From IMG/VR virus record IMGVR_UViG_3300032677_000029, positions 148-64,147 of that record: a DNA stretch of 64,000 bases. One strand, written 5' to 3'. A model generated the notes under the pieces. The model searched no databases. It was not told where the DNA came from and saw only the letters and a program-made list of their open reading frames with translations. This DNA comes from a virus. Lineage: Duplodnaviria; Caudoviricetes. Positions 27,061-35,550 of this stretch are shown piece by piece (positions within the stretch are counted from its first letter, which is position 1; each line of letters begins with the position of its first letter). Position numbers and translations under genes: made by a program.

Positions 27061-27870
27061 ATGCTACAACTAAACAACATAGATAAGACACAACTAAGCG
27101 AGCCTGTTGCTCAATTCTTAAATGCAATAGAGTTAAAGCACGCAAAACTACAATACTGTCTGACAGTATCGGCAATTCAAAATCCAACCCGACCTGAGTT
27201 TTGGCAGTTAAGGTTTGAGGATACCCGCTTCCTTGGTGACTCTTCAATAGATCATGTAGGCACAGTCGAGTGGACATATGGTAGCCGTAGCGAGAAAGAA
27301 TATAAGGTTACATCTCGCAGGATTCAGAATGATCGGTTTGGGCATTGGGGTAACGAGCACGCATCTCGTCGCTCTAAAGACATGAAGAAAGCCTTAAAGA
27401 TTGCGGTGGAAACTATATCCCCATTTGAGTGGCACGAGATTAGTAATAAGGGCAGACGCCATGCAGAACAAGCACATGAAGGCTGGGCAAGAAAAGACCA
27501 AAAAGCCATACACCCTTTTTCTAGTGTGGGGTACGAGAAGATATACGAAGAGATTAAGTACCTTGTAGGCATGGGAATTCAATTCAAAACTCAGGAGTTT
27601 AAAAATGCGGCAGCCGGAATGGAAGCCTACGAAGAGTTCCAACGCAAGATAGCAGTAAGGGCTAAGTTCGATACAGTAATAGTGCGCCCCGATAAAGCCG
27701 TATACATTCCCGATGGTCGTGCCTTAGAAGCTAAAGAGTTTGGCGCAGTTGAGGCGCTACCTGACAATACCAGAACTGGTATCGCTCTTCTAAAACTTGT
27801 TGGTAAAGACGAGCTATTACCCGAGGTAGGATACCGTAGTGGGGAAAACACCTACTTCCTTTTGGTTTGA
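27061..27870 (+). CDS. Hypothetical early protein (269 aa)
   Basis: Long ORF with GGAGG RBS. Confidence 0.75.
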   Translation: MLQLNNIDKTQLSEPVAQFLNAIELKHAKLQYCLTVSAIQNPTRPEFWQLRFEDTRFLGDSSIDHVGTVEWTYGSRSEKEYKVTSRRIQNDRFGHWGNEHASRRSKDMKKALKIAVETISPFEWHEISNKGRRHAEQAHEGWARKDQKAIHPFSSVGYEKIYEEIKYLVGMGIQFKTQEFKNAAAGMEAYEEFQRKIAVRAKFDTVIVRPDKAVYIPDGRALEAKEFGAVEALPDNTRTGIALLKLVGKDELLPEVGYRSGENTYFLLV

Positions 27871-27895
27871 CAAACTCAAAATAAACCGATACAAT
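27867..27895 (+). promoter_or_regulatory. sigma70 promoter P4
   Basis: TTGACA-N17-TACAAT. Confidence 0.8.
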
Positions 27896-27927
27896 AACTA
27901 TATAAATCCTAAAAATAAGGAGAAAGA

Positions 27928-28248
27928 GTGCGTGACCCTGACGGCTTTAATAAAGCCATAACAGAACTGTTTGAAAAGTTCCATCACCAACCATCCACTA
28001 TTAGGGTGGAGTTCAAGGGCGTCAATCGTGTATCCATAGGCGGTGGTAGAAACTTTAGTGATCCTAAAATTATCGAATGTCAGCGAGAACAATTACCTAA
28101 AGAAGTATTAGAGAAGATAGCCTTGCTTGATGTAGCTGGTAAGAAGGGTGAGATTACTGGGGTAGGTAGAAAACTATGGGACACAACCTACTATGTAGAT
28201 ATGACCCCTCATATGTGGGATGAATTTAAAAAAGGTATTGGAAGATGA
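27928..28248 (+). CDS. Hypothetical protein
   Basis: GTG start with AAGGAG RBS; LP...IALL..GVG C-terminus resembles the end of the 27061 protein. Confidence 0.65.
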   Translation: MRDPDGFNKAITELFEKFHHQPSTIRVEFKGVNRVSIGGGRNFSDPKIIECQREQLPKEVLEKIALLDVAGKKGEITGVGRKLWDTTYYVDMTPHMWDEFKKGIGR

Positions 28249-28448
28249 ACGAGAATGATTTAAGAGATTGCTTTGCTATGTTTGGTATGGTGGGGTTAGT
28301 AATGGCTTATAAAGATAATCACCCCGAAGCAACACTAGCAGAAAGGGCATACACGATAGCAGACGCTATGCTCAAAGCCCGAACCCAAGAACCCGAAGTA
28401 GAAGAAGGAATCGTAGCAGTTAAACCAAGAAAGAGGACTACTAAATGA
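28245..28448 (+). CDS. Conserved small phage protein
   Basis: LRDCFA...AY.IADAMLKAR motif. Confidence 0.7.
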   Translation: MNENDLRDCFAMFGMVGLVMAYKDNHPEATLAERAYTIADAMLKARTQEPEVEEGIVAVKPRKRTTK

Positions 28449-28588
28449 GAAAGATATTTATAGGAATTGGGTTAGCCGTTGTGTTGTTAAATGCCCATGC
28501 CGTAGTTAAGTGTGAGCCTGATGGTAGGGGTGGTTTATGTTGTTGGGATACTGCCGTTGATGGAATCTTTAAACCTATTGTGTGTTGA
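28445..28588 (+). CDS. Secreted 4-Cys mini-protein (47 aa with signal peptide)
   Basis: Manually read MRKIFIGIGLAVVLLNAHA|VVKCEPDGRGGLCCWDTAVDGIFKPIVC; GAGGA RBS and ATGA overlap. Confidence 0.7.
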   Translation: MRKIFIGIGLAVVLLNAHAVVKCEPDGRGGLCCWDTAVDGIFKPIVC

Positions 28589-28589
28589 T

Positions 28590-28763
28590 ATGAACGCAAA
28601 TGAGTTAGCTGGTGAATTAGAAACAGGGGCTAAACGTGCTGAAGATCATGCAACTATAGCAATTAGAGTAATTAAAGCCGCCACCATGCTACGCCAGCAA
28701 CAAGAAGAAATAGAATACTGGAAAGAAATGTTTGCAAAAGCAATGAAGGAACAAGAGAAATGA
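28590..28763 (+). CDS. MNANELA/MLRQQ family coiled-coil protein, copy 1
   Basis: MNANELAGEL...ATMLRQQQEEIE. Confidence 0.65.
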   Translation: MNANELAGELETGAKRAEDHATIAIRVIKAATMLRQQQEEIEYWKEMFAKAMKEQEK

Positions 28764-29023
28764 ACGCAAATGAACTAGCCGACCTATTAGAAGTTGACAG
28801 TTGGTACAAGCTGGTAACTAGAGAAGAAATAACCACCATGCTCCGCCAGCAAGAGGTAGAAATTGAAAGGATAACAAGTAAGTATGAAGAAATACTCCAT
28901 AAACAACAAGAAAAACTAATCAAGTACGAACTACGCCATGCAGAGCAGAGAAAGCGTATTGAGGCATTGGAAAAAGAAGTTAAACATTGGCAAGATGCTT
29001 TCCATAAGGGAGTAAGGCTATGA
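28760..29023 (+). CDS. MNANELA/MLRQQ family coiled-coil protein, copy 2
   Basis: MNANELADLL...TTMLRQQEVEIE. Confidence 0.65.
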   Translation: MNANELADLLEVDSWYKLVTREEITTMLRQQEVEIERITSKYEEILHKQQEKLIKYELRHAEQRKRIEALEKEVKHWQDAFHKGVRL

Positions 29024-29370
29024 CAACACCTGAGAAGAAGGTTAAAGACAAAATTAAAAAGATATTGGAGGAACACGGTGCTTATTATTTTATGCCCGCT
29101 ACTGGCGGTTATGGTAAGTCAGGTGTGCCTGACATTGTGGCTTGCTTACGTGGTAAATTCATCGGCATTGAGTGCAAGGCTAATGGCAATAAACCCACAG
29201 CATTACAAGAAAAGAATCTAACGGAGATCATGACGGTAGGCGGGTTTTCTGTATTGATTGATGAAGGTGGCATACCTATGTTTAAAAGTATGTTAGAGCA
29301 GTTAAAGACAAGCGATATACCAAGAGAAGCTGGAATTTATTTTGATTTATTAACTTCATTTAAGGAATAA
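29020..29370 (+). CDS. VRR-NUC nuclease (Holliday junction resolvase-like)
   Basis: PE.KVK...GVPDI...FIGIECKA...PTALQ. Confidence 0.85.
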   Translation: MTTPEKKVKDKIKKILEEHGAYYFMPATGGYGKSGVPDIVACLRGKFIGIECKANGNKPTALQEKNLTEIMTVGGFSVLIDEGGIPMFKSMLEQLKTSDIPREAGIYFDLLTSFKE

Positions 29371-29372
29371 AA

Positions 29373-29612
29373 ATGCAAGACCAACAAGAAAAGACACGTC
29401 AATTAATTGAAGTGTTAGACCATGCGTTAAACCAAGCGGGATGCGGTGTATTGGATGCCCTCAATGCGGTATCTATTATGTCAACGTCTATTGCTCATAG
29501 TCTAGGGCTAGCGCAAAAAGAATACCTTGATAACCTTACATTTATGTTTGAGCAAACTAAACCCCTAAGCGATACAGCTATAACCCCAGTAGTGGAGGAT
29601 GAGAATGAGTGA
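29373..29612 (+). CDS. Hypothetical protein
   Basis: 79 aa with AAGGA RBS. Confidence 0.6.
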   Translation: MQDQQEKTRQLIEVLDHALNQAGCGVLDALNAVSIMSTSIAHSLGLAQKEYLDNLTFMFEQTKPLSDTAITPVVEDENE

Positions 29613-29775
29613 TGGTGGCAAGGGGGATGCTCCTCGACCTTTAGGTGTACCAATGGAAGTATTTGATAAGAACTTTGAAGCTATCTTTGGAATGAAGGTG
29701 GCTAAACCTCAACCTCATATAGAACCCATCCCTTTTATGGGTATGGTGGATACAGGAGAAGACAATGCAAAGTGA
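29605..29775 (+). CDS. Conserved small phage protein (56 aa)
   Basis: Manually read MSDGGKGDAPRP...FDKNFEAIFG; GGAGG RBS. Confidence 0.6.
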   Translation: MSDGGKGDAPRPLGVPMEVFDKNFEAIFGMKVAKPQPHIEPIPFMGMVDTGEDNAK

Positions 29776-29947
29776 AATGCTAGCAATACTAACGGCTTTC
29801 TTTTTATATCACGGAGATGCAGGATGGGGATGGTGGTTTGTGTGGGGCTTAGTCTTGTGCTTATATGGTGTGCGAGAGATCGGCAAAGCAAGGGAAAGGT
29901 TAGAGAAAGAAATTGAAGCAGAACGTAAGTATTGGGAGGGTAAGTAA
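29765..29947 (+). CDS. Small membrane protein
   Basis: 60 aa, Trp-rich hydrophobic segment. Confidence 0.6.
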   Translation: MQSEMLAILTAFFLYHGDAGWGWWFVWGLVLCLYGVREIGKARERLEKEIEAERKYWEGK

Positions 29948-30159
29948 TGGACTTAGGGTTGACAGTAACTAAAGAAAACAAAGATGGTTCTGCCGATGCT
30001 ATTGTTCGGTTTGATAAAGAGATGCTAGAAGTCTTGGTACAAGAAGGATTGTTACGGATTCTAGAAAGATATATTAAACAAGAAAAGAACGCTAGAGATG
30101 GAATCAAACTACGCAAAAAGTTAGCAAAAAAAGAAATTGATATAGATGGGAGATGTTAA
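29947..30159 (+). CDS. Hypothetical protein
   Basis: 70 aa, KENKDGSAD motif. Confidence 0.6.
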   Translation: MDLGLTVTKENKDGSADAIVRFDKEMLEVLVQEGLLRILERYIKQEKNARDGIKLRKKLAKKEIDIDGRC

Positions 30160-30443
30160 TGAGTGAAATGACTGTATTAAAAGAAGCCCATGCCATTATC
30201 TATGGTGATAGGGAAAAGACTTATGGGCATCCAGCTAAGAATTTAAAAACCATAGCTGTAATGTGGAACGCATACTTAAATGCCATGTCAGCTGACGACC
30301 CTGAGTTAAATGCAAAAGATGTTGCCGCTTTGATGATGCTTGTTAAGGTAGCTAGGTTTGCCAACGACCCGACTCATAGAGATAACTTAGTAGACATTTG
30401 TGGGTATGCGGCTTTAGTAGAACGGTGTGATGAAGCGCAATAG
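30159..30443 (+). CDS. DUF6378-like all-alpha nucleotide hydrolase-like protein
   Basis: DREKTYGHP..N...IA..W...DVA..M..VKVAR...HRDNLVDICGYA. Confidence 0.75.
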   Translation: MSEMTVLKEAHAIIYGDREKTYGHPAKNLKTIAVMWNAYLNAMSADDPELNAKDVAALMMLVKVARFANDPTHRDNLVDICGYAALVERCDEAQ

Positions 30444-30630
30444 AAACTTTCGTTGGGCGGAGGTGATGCGCCATCTAGAAGGTAATCCACGAACTATAAA
30501 AGAAGTTGCTAAGTATATGGAAGTAAGGTATGAGATGGTGAGAATATACCTATACGAGTTACTAGAAGAAGGCAAGATAGAAGTATATGAGGCATATACG
30601 AAACCAATTAAGTATAGGAAGAAGAGATGA
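30430..30630 (+). CDS. Winged helix-turn-helix protein
   Basis: TIKEVAKYMEVRYEMVRIYLYELLEEGKI. Confidence 0.65.
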   Translation: MKRNRNFRWAEVMRHLEGNPRTIKEVAKYMEVRYEMVRIYLYELLEEGKIEVYEAYTKPIKYRKKR

Positions 30631-30920
30631 AGTTTGATACATTAGGTAAAGCAATAGTTACTATGAACGCTATTGGGATAGATTCTTTAGACATAATGAT
30701 TATTCACCTAATAAAGGTAGGTCAATGGACTACTGTTGGAAATCTAGTAACTGAGTGTTTAGATATAGCATCCCCCGCTACAGTCCATAATCGGATTAAA
30801 CACAAGTTAGTACCAGCAAAGATTCTAAGGCTCGAAGAAAGCAAAGAAGATGGGCGAACTAAATACGTGCATCTTGGCGAGAAGTTTAGTAAGATTGCTG
30901 ACAAATTGGAGAAGCTATGA
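30627..30920 (+). CDS. MarR-like winged-helix protein
   Basis: SPATVHNRIK.KLV...EDGRTKYV. Confidence 0.65.
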   Translation: MKFDTLGKAIVTMNAIGIDSLDIMIIHLIKVGQWTTVGNLVTECLDIASPATVHNRIKHKLVPAKILRLEESKEDGRTKYVHLGEKFSKIADKLEKL

Positions 30921-31339
30921 ATGAGGGCGTAAAGATATTGTTAGAACGTATGAAGACTAACCCCGAGGAGTTTATTGTTAATGGTTATGCTATGGGTAGT
31001 AAGTGGGGGCAGTTGGTAGCTGAACACATTGAACATTTAAATGCAGAAGATGCCACTGCTCTTAAAGAAGGTATATCCAAAATTAAACAAGAAAACTTTA
31101 CTCGAGAAGTAATGAAAGAACTGCTTGCGCCGGAGGATGATAGCTTGGGAAAGCCTTGGTATACAACCCGAACACAAGGTACGGGTTTGGCTGGAGCGAC
31201 CCAAGGAGTTACATTAAATAGTGCGCTACACCCAAACACTTTACAAAATGTAACAATAACAACTGACCCACTAATAAACAAAAAATCCACAGTAAAGAAG
31301 CACCAAACCCTATTCGGAAAACTATTTAACTATTCATGA
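30917..31339 (+). CDS. Hypothetical protein
   Basis: MNEGVKILLERMKTNPEEF start. Confidence 0.65.
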   Translation: MNEGVKILLERMKTNPEEFIVNGYAMGSKWGQLVAEHIEHLNAEDATALKEGISKIKQENFTREVMKELLAPEDDSLGKPWYTTRTQGTGLAGATQGVTLNSALHPNTLQNVTITTDPLINKKSTVKKHQTLFGKLFNYS

Positions 31340-33165
31340 ACATAATTACACTAGATTTTGAAACATACTATGCCAAAGACTTCTCACTCACAAAAGCCAC
31401 TACCGAAGAATATATCCGTGATGATAGGTTTGAGGTCATTGGGGTCGCAGTCAAGGAAAACAAAGATGAAACAACATGGTTCACAGGAACGCATGGAGAA
31501 GTTAGTGATTTTCTGCATACATACGATTGGGCTAACTCTGCTTTGCTTGCTCACAATGCCTCTTTTGATGGGGCTATTCTTAGCTGGAATTTTGGCATTA
31601 AGCCTAAAGCGGTTTTCGATACTCTGTGCATGGCTAGGGCGCTTCATGGAGTGGATGCAGGTGGCAGTCTTTCAGCTTTGGTTGAACGGTATAACTTGGG
31701 TCGGAAGGGTACAGAAGTACTGGATGCCCTAGGAAAGAAACGATTAGACTTTGAGACGGCAGACCTAGAGCAGTATGGTAAATACTGTATCAATGACGTT
31801 GAACTTACTTGGGCGCTATTCCATCGCCTACTGGATGAGGGCTTTCCTGAGAAAGAACTTAAGGTCATTGACGTAACTATAAAGATGTTTACAGACCCAG
31901 TACTTAATTTAAACCTACCCTTACTTGAGCAACACCTAGAGGATACTAAGGAACGTAAAGAAAAACTACTTGAAGCGTGCATGGCTGACAAAGACACGCT
32001 TATGTCAAACGATAGGTTTGCTGAGATACTTAAGTCTCTGAATGTTGACCCGCCAACTAAAACATCTTTAAGAACAGCTAAGACGGCATGGGCATTTGCT
32101 AAAACCGATGAAGGCTTTAAAGAACTGGCTTCACATAAAGATGTTCGGGTTCAAGCATTGGTCGCCGCTCGGCTTGGAAACAAATCGACGTTAGAAGAAA
32201 CGCGGACACAACGCTTTATCGACATAGCTAAACGAGGGAAACTTCCAGTACCAATTAAATATTATGCGGCTCATACTGGTCGGTGGGGTGGAGACGACAA
32301 GATTAACTTACAAAACTTACCTAGTCGTGGGCAGAACGGTGGCAAGTTAAAGAAAGCAATTATCCCTCCGGAAGGGTATGTAATGATCGACTGCGACTCT
32401 TCGCAAATTGAGGCTCGGATTGTTGCTTGGATGGCAGGACAAACAGATTTAGTAGACGCATTTGAGAAAGGTGAAGATGTATATAAAATCATGGCTTCGG
32501 CTATCTATCAAAAGGATGTTGCAGAGGTCTCAGCGCACGAGAGGTTTGTGGGCAAGACGACGATTCTTGGAGCGGGGTACGGCATGGGTAGTAACAAGTT
32601 CAAAGCCCAACTCAAGACGTTTGGCATGGACATTGAAGAGGGGGAGGCAAGTCGTATTATCAGGGTATATCGGGAGACGTATCCTCAAATCCCTAAGTTA
32701 TGGCAAGAAGCCGGTAGGTGTTTGGAAGCAATACACACCAATAGACCTGCCCCATTCGGGTTGGAAGGAGTCGTGTCATTCGATCACGTAAAGAAAGGCT
32801 TTCTGCTACCTAGCGGATTATGGCAACGCTATGAAACCCTGCAACAAGTAATTGATTCTGAAAACAAAACCCAATATGAGTATAAGACTCGACGGGGTGT
32901 AGTCAAATTATATGGTGGGAAAGTAGTAGAAAACTTATGTCAGGCTATTGCTCGTTGCGTAATTGCAGAGCAGATGGTTAAAATGAGTAAACGATATAGG
33001 GTAGTTCTAACAGTACACGATGCCGTAGCTTGCATAGCCCCAAAGGCAGAAGCCAAAGAAGCACAAGCCTATATAGAAACGTGTATGAAATGGAGACCCG
33101 ATTGGGCACATAACTTACCACTTAATTGTGAGTCAGGAATTGGAAACAACTATGGAGAATGTTAA
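31336..33165 (+). CDS. polA: Family A DNA polymerase with 3'-5' exonuclease
   Basis: LDFET exo I, HTGRW, NLQNLP, DSSQIEAR motif A, RFVGKTTILGAGYG motif B, VHD motif C. Confidence 0.95.
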   Translation: MNIITLDFETYYAKDFSLTKATTEEYIRDDRFEVIGVAVKENKDETTWFTGTHGEVSDFLHTYDWANSALLAHNASFDGAILSWNFGIKPKAVFDTLCMARALHGVDAGGSLSALVERYNLGRKGTEVLDALGKKRLDFETADLEQYGKYCINDVELTWALFHRLLDEGFPEKELKVIDVTIKMFTDPVLNLNLPLLEQHLEDTKERKEKLLEACMADKDTLMSNDRFAEILKSLNVDPPTKTSLRTAKTAWAFAKTDEGFKELASHKDVRVQALVAARLGNKSTLEETRTQRFIDIAKRGKLPVPIKYYAAHTGRWGGDDKINLQNLPSRGQNGGKLKKAIIPPEGYVMIDCDSSQIEARIVAWMAGQTDLVDAFEKGEDVYKIMASAIYQKDVAEVSAHERFVGKTTILGAGYGMGSNKFKAQLKTFGMDIEEGEASRIIRVYRETYPQIPKLWQEAGRCLEAIHTNRPAPFGLEGVVSFDHVKKGFLLPSGLWQRYETLQQVIDSENKTQYEYKTRRGVVKLYGGKVVENLCQAIARCVIAEQMVKMSKRYRVVLTVHDAVACIAPKAEAKEAQAYIETCMKWRPDWAHNLPLNCESGIGNNYGEC

Positions 33166-33335
33166 TGGATTACTCAGGGTTTTTATTAGAAGCAAGAAAG
33201 TACTTGAAATTATACGAAGAAGCTGTTATAAATCGTAGCTATAAAGAAGCACAAGAGCACGCATTAAATGCGTTTGCTGAAGTTAGATTACTTGTACATA
33301 TAGCGAAAGACTTACAGGATGTCAGAAAAAACTAA
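33165..33335 (+). CDS. Small hypothetical protein (56 aa)
   Basis: Manually read MDYSGFLLEARKYL...; TAATG coupling with polA. Confidence 0.55.
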   Translation: MDYSGFLLEARKYLKLYEEAVINRSYKEAQEHALNAFAEVRLLVHIAKDLQDVRKN

Positions 33336-33513
33336 TCCGTGGCAATCGGATATGACCCAACAAGAGGTCGCCGATGCTTTGGGTACTACAAGACAGGTAA
33401 TTCAAGATATAGAGAAAAGAGCGTTGCGTAAACTAAGGAATGAATTGCGTAAACGTGGCTATACATTAGATGATTTTTTTACATACAAAAAGAAGAGGAT
33501 ACCAAAAATATGA
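33319..33513 (+). CDS. Second stand-alone sigma70 region-4 HTH protein
   Basis: MTQQEVADALGTTRQVIQDIEKRALRKLR. Confidence 0.8.
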   Translation: MSEKTNPWQSDMTQQEVADALGTTRQVIQDIEKRALRKLRNELRKRGYTLDDFFTYKKKRIPKI

Positions 33514-33824
33514 TTGGCTTAACTAAAGAGCAAACACAACGTCTTAAAGATGCGGCAAGTACTTTAAGAATAGACCAAAGGGCGGCACTTACCCTTGCAG
33601 AATCAGAAGCCTATGCTAGAAAGATCAATCAAGTTCTTTACGATTTGCATATGGAAAACCCTTTAGCATTTGTAACCACTGCGACTACTACACTTTCGGG
33701 TATAGAGTTCCTTCCTATTCAAGCTATGGTAAAGCGCCGTAATTTTTACCATGAGCCACTTAAAGTACACGCTAAAGACTACAAGACTCATGTAGTTCCA
33801 CTACAAAGGGAGAACCTTGTATGA
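33510..33824 (+). CDS. Hypothetical protein
   Basis: 104 aa, ATGA-coupled. Confidence 0.6.
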   Translation: MIGLTKEQTQRLKDAASTLRIDQRAALTLAESEAYARKINQVLYDLHMENPLAFVTTATTTLSGIEFLPIQAMVKRRNFYHEPLKVHAKDYKTHVVPLQRENLV

Positions 33825-34129
33825 ATATCGAATGGGCAAAACCTCATGAAATAGAAGATGGTATTAGTGCGGTATGGGGGATCAAAGATATTGTCGATAC
33901 GCTGATATGGCGGTGTGTGGATCACCCCATCCCAATGGATGAAAATCAAATGCATAACCATTTACTTGCTATATCGGTATTATTAGATATGCACTGCGAG
34001 AAATTAATGGATACCTACTGCAAAGTATATAACCTTAATGAGTACGCATCTGATGAAGTTAAAGCTAAAAGAGAAGCAATTTTAAATAGCTTAACTAAAA
34101 AAGCGCCTAAGAAAGCTAAGAAAAAATGA
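33821..34129 (+). CDS. Hypothetical protein
   Basis: 102 aa, ATGA-coupled. Confidence 0.6.
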   Translation: MNIEWAKPHEIEDGISAVWGIKDIVDTLIWRCVDHPIPMDENQMHNHLLAISVLLDMHCEKLMDTYCKVYNLNEYASDEVKAKREAILNSLTKKAPKKAKKK

Positions 34130-34881
34130 CTGAAGAAACAAAACCAGTACAACTATTTATAGCTACCCCGATGTATGGGGGGTTATGTAATGGCTCTTAT
34201 ACAGTAGGATTGCTTACTTCCGTAGGGGTATTTGCTCATAATAATATTAGTATCCAGTATGCCCACATGATGAATGAGTCTTTAATTACTCGTGCTCGTA
34301 ATGCTTTAGCTAAAGACTTCCTTGCCAGTGATTGTACGCATCTAATGTTTATTGACGCAGACGTTGGGTTTAATGCTCAAGATATTATACGAATGGTTCA
34401 TGCAGATAAAGAAATTATTTGTGGTATTTATCCTAAGAAAGAAATTAACTGGGGCGATGTAGCTAAGGCAGTACAAGCTGGAGTTCCACCACAAGAACTG
34501 CATAAACATACTGGGGCATTTGTTCTTAACTTAATTGATAATGCAACATCTTTAGAGGGCGACGTATATACCCCAATGGAAATTGCTAATGGCGGTACAG
34601 GGTTTATGCTTATAAAGCGAGAAGTATTTGAAGGACTAATCGGTAAAGTTCCTACCTACACTAACGATATGTTTACAGCTATAGATACAGAGCGTAAAAA
34701 AGAAGTTATTAATGAGTTCTTTGCAACAAGTATTACTGAAGAGGATAATCGCTTGCTTTCTGAAGATTACCATTTTTGTATGATTGCAAGAAAAGCTGGC
34801 TTTAAAGTTTGGGCGGCTCCTTGGGCACAGTTATCCCATACTGGGACTTATATCTTTAGTGGGGCTTTACCATCAGCATGA
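34126..34881 (+). CDS. GT-A fold glycosyltransferase-like protein
   Basis: IATPMYGG, SLITRARN, FIDAD (DxD), GTGFMLI, LSEDY motifs. Confidence 0.8.
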   Translation: MTEETKPVQLFIATPMYGGLCNGSYTVGLLTSVGVFAHNNISIQYAHMMNESLITRARNALAKDFLASDCTHLMFIDADVGFNAQDIIRMVHADKEIICGIYPKKEINWGDVAKAVQAGVPPQELHKHTGAFVLNLIDNATSLEGDVYTPMEIANGGTGFMLIKREVFEGLIGKVPTYTNDMFTAIDTERKKEVINEFFATSITEEDNRLLSEDYHFCMIARKAGFKVWAAPWAQLSHTGTYIFSGALPSA

Positions 34882-35549
34882 CAGTTAAATACACATGGTC
34901 GTACTCATCAATAAACCTTTTTAAACAATGCCCACATAAGTATTATCGGCTTCGAATAGTAAAAGATATTGTTGAGCCATCAGCCGAGCACTTAAACTAC
35001 GGATTAGAAGTACATAAAGCGGCAGAAGATTATCTTGGAAAAGGCACTCCAATCCCCGAAAAGTACATCTTTATTAAAGAACACTTGGATAAGCTAAATC
35101 TTATTAAAGGCGAAAAGCTTTGCGAATATAGGATGGGACTTACCAGCAACCTAGAACCATGTGGGTTTTTTGATAAGGATGTATGGTGGAGAGGGGTCGC
35201 AGACTTGATTATTATCAACGGCGACAGAGCGTATGTTATTGATTATAAAACAGGAAAATCTGCTAAGTATGCGGATACTAAGCAATTAGAGCTTCTTTCT
35301 TGTGCCCTATTTAAACACTTCCCCGAGGTCAAAAAGGTCAAAGGTGGGTTATTATTTGTAGTTGCCAATGACCTTGTCAAAGAGAACTTTGAGGTGGATA
35401 ATGAAGGGGTATATTGGACTAAGTGGTTAGAAGATACTCAACGCTTAGAAGCGGCTATTCAAAACAATGTTTGGAATAAAAAGCCTAACTTCTCGTGCCG
35501 TTCTTGGTGTTCTATAACCGACTGCGAACATAACGGAAAGAACCATTGA
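34878..35549 (+). CDS. PD-(D/E)XK exonuclease (RecB/Cas4-like)
   Basis: WSYS...CP...G..VH...DYKTG...QL...C..C Cys motif. Confidence 0.85.
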   Translation: MTVKYTWSYSSINLFKQCPHKYYRLRIVKDIVEPSAEHLNYGLEVHKAAEDYLGKGTPIPEKYIFIKEHLDKLNLIKGEKLCEYRMGLTSNLEPCGFFDKDVWWRGVADLIIINGDRAYVIDYKTGKSAKYADTKQLELLSCALFKHFPEVKKVKGGLLFVVANDLVKENFEVDNEGVYWTKWLEDTQRLEAAIQNNVWNKKPNFSCRSWCSITDCEHNGKNH

Positions 35550-35550
35550 T

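Larger units (their letters stand above)
18458..27168. repeat. Dispersed array of 11 palindromes TACTGTC-N-GACAGTA
   Basis: 15-bp copies starting at 18458, 19276, 19495, 19912, 20184, 20764, 21673, 22769, 23951, 25551 and 27154. Confidence 0.95.

Noticed and set aside
18458-27168. Dyads as LexA SOS boxes, matS or parS sites, or a CRISPR array
   Set aside because: Proteobacterial LexA needs CTGT-N8-ACAG (here N3). The sequence differs from matS (GTGACRNYGTCAC) and parS. Spacing is irregular (about 0.2-1.6 kb), unlike CRISPR.
34878-35549. Cas4-like nuclease as part of a CRISPR system
   Set aside because: No array or other cas genes; it is a standard phage replication exonuclease.
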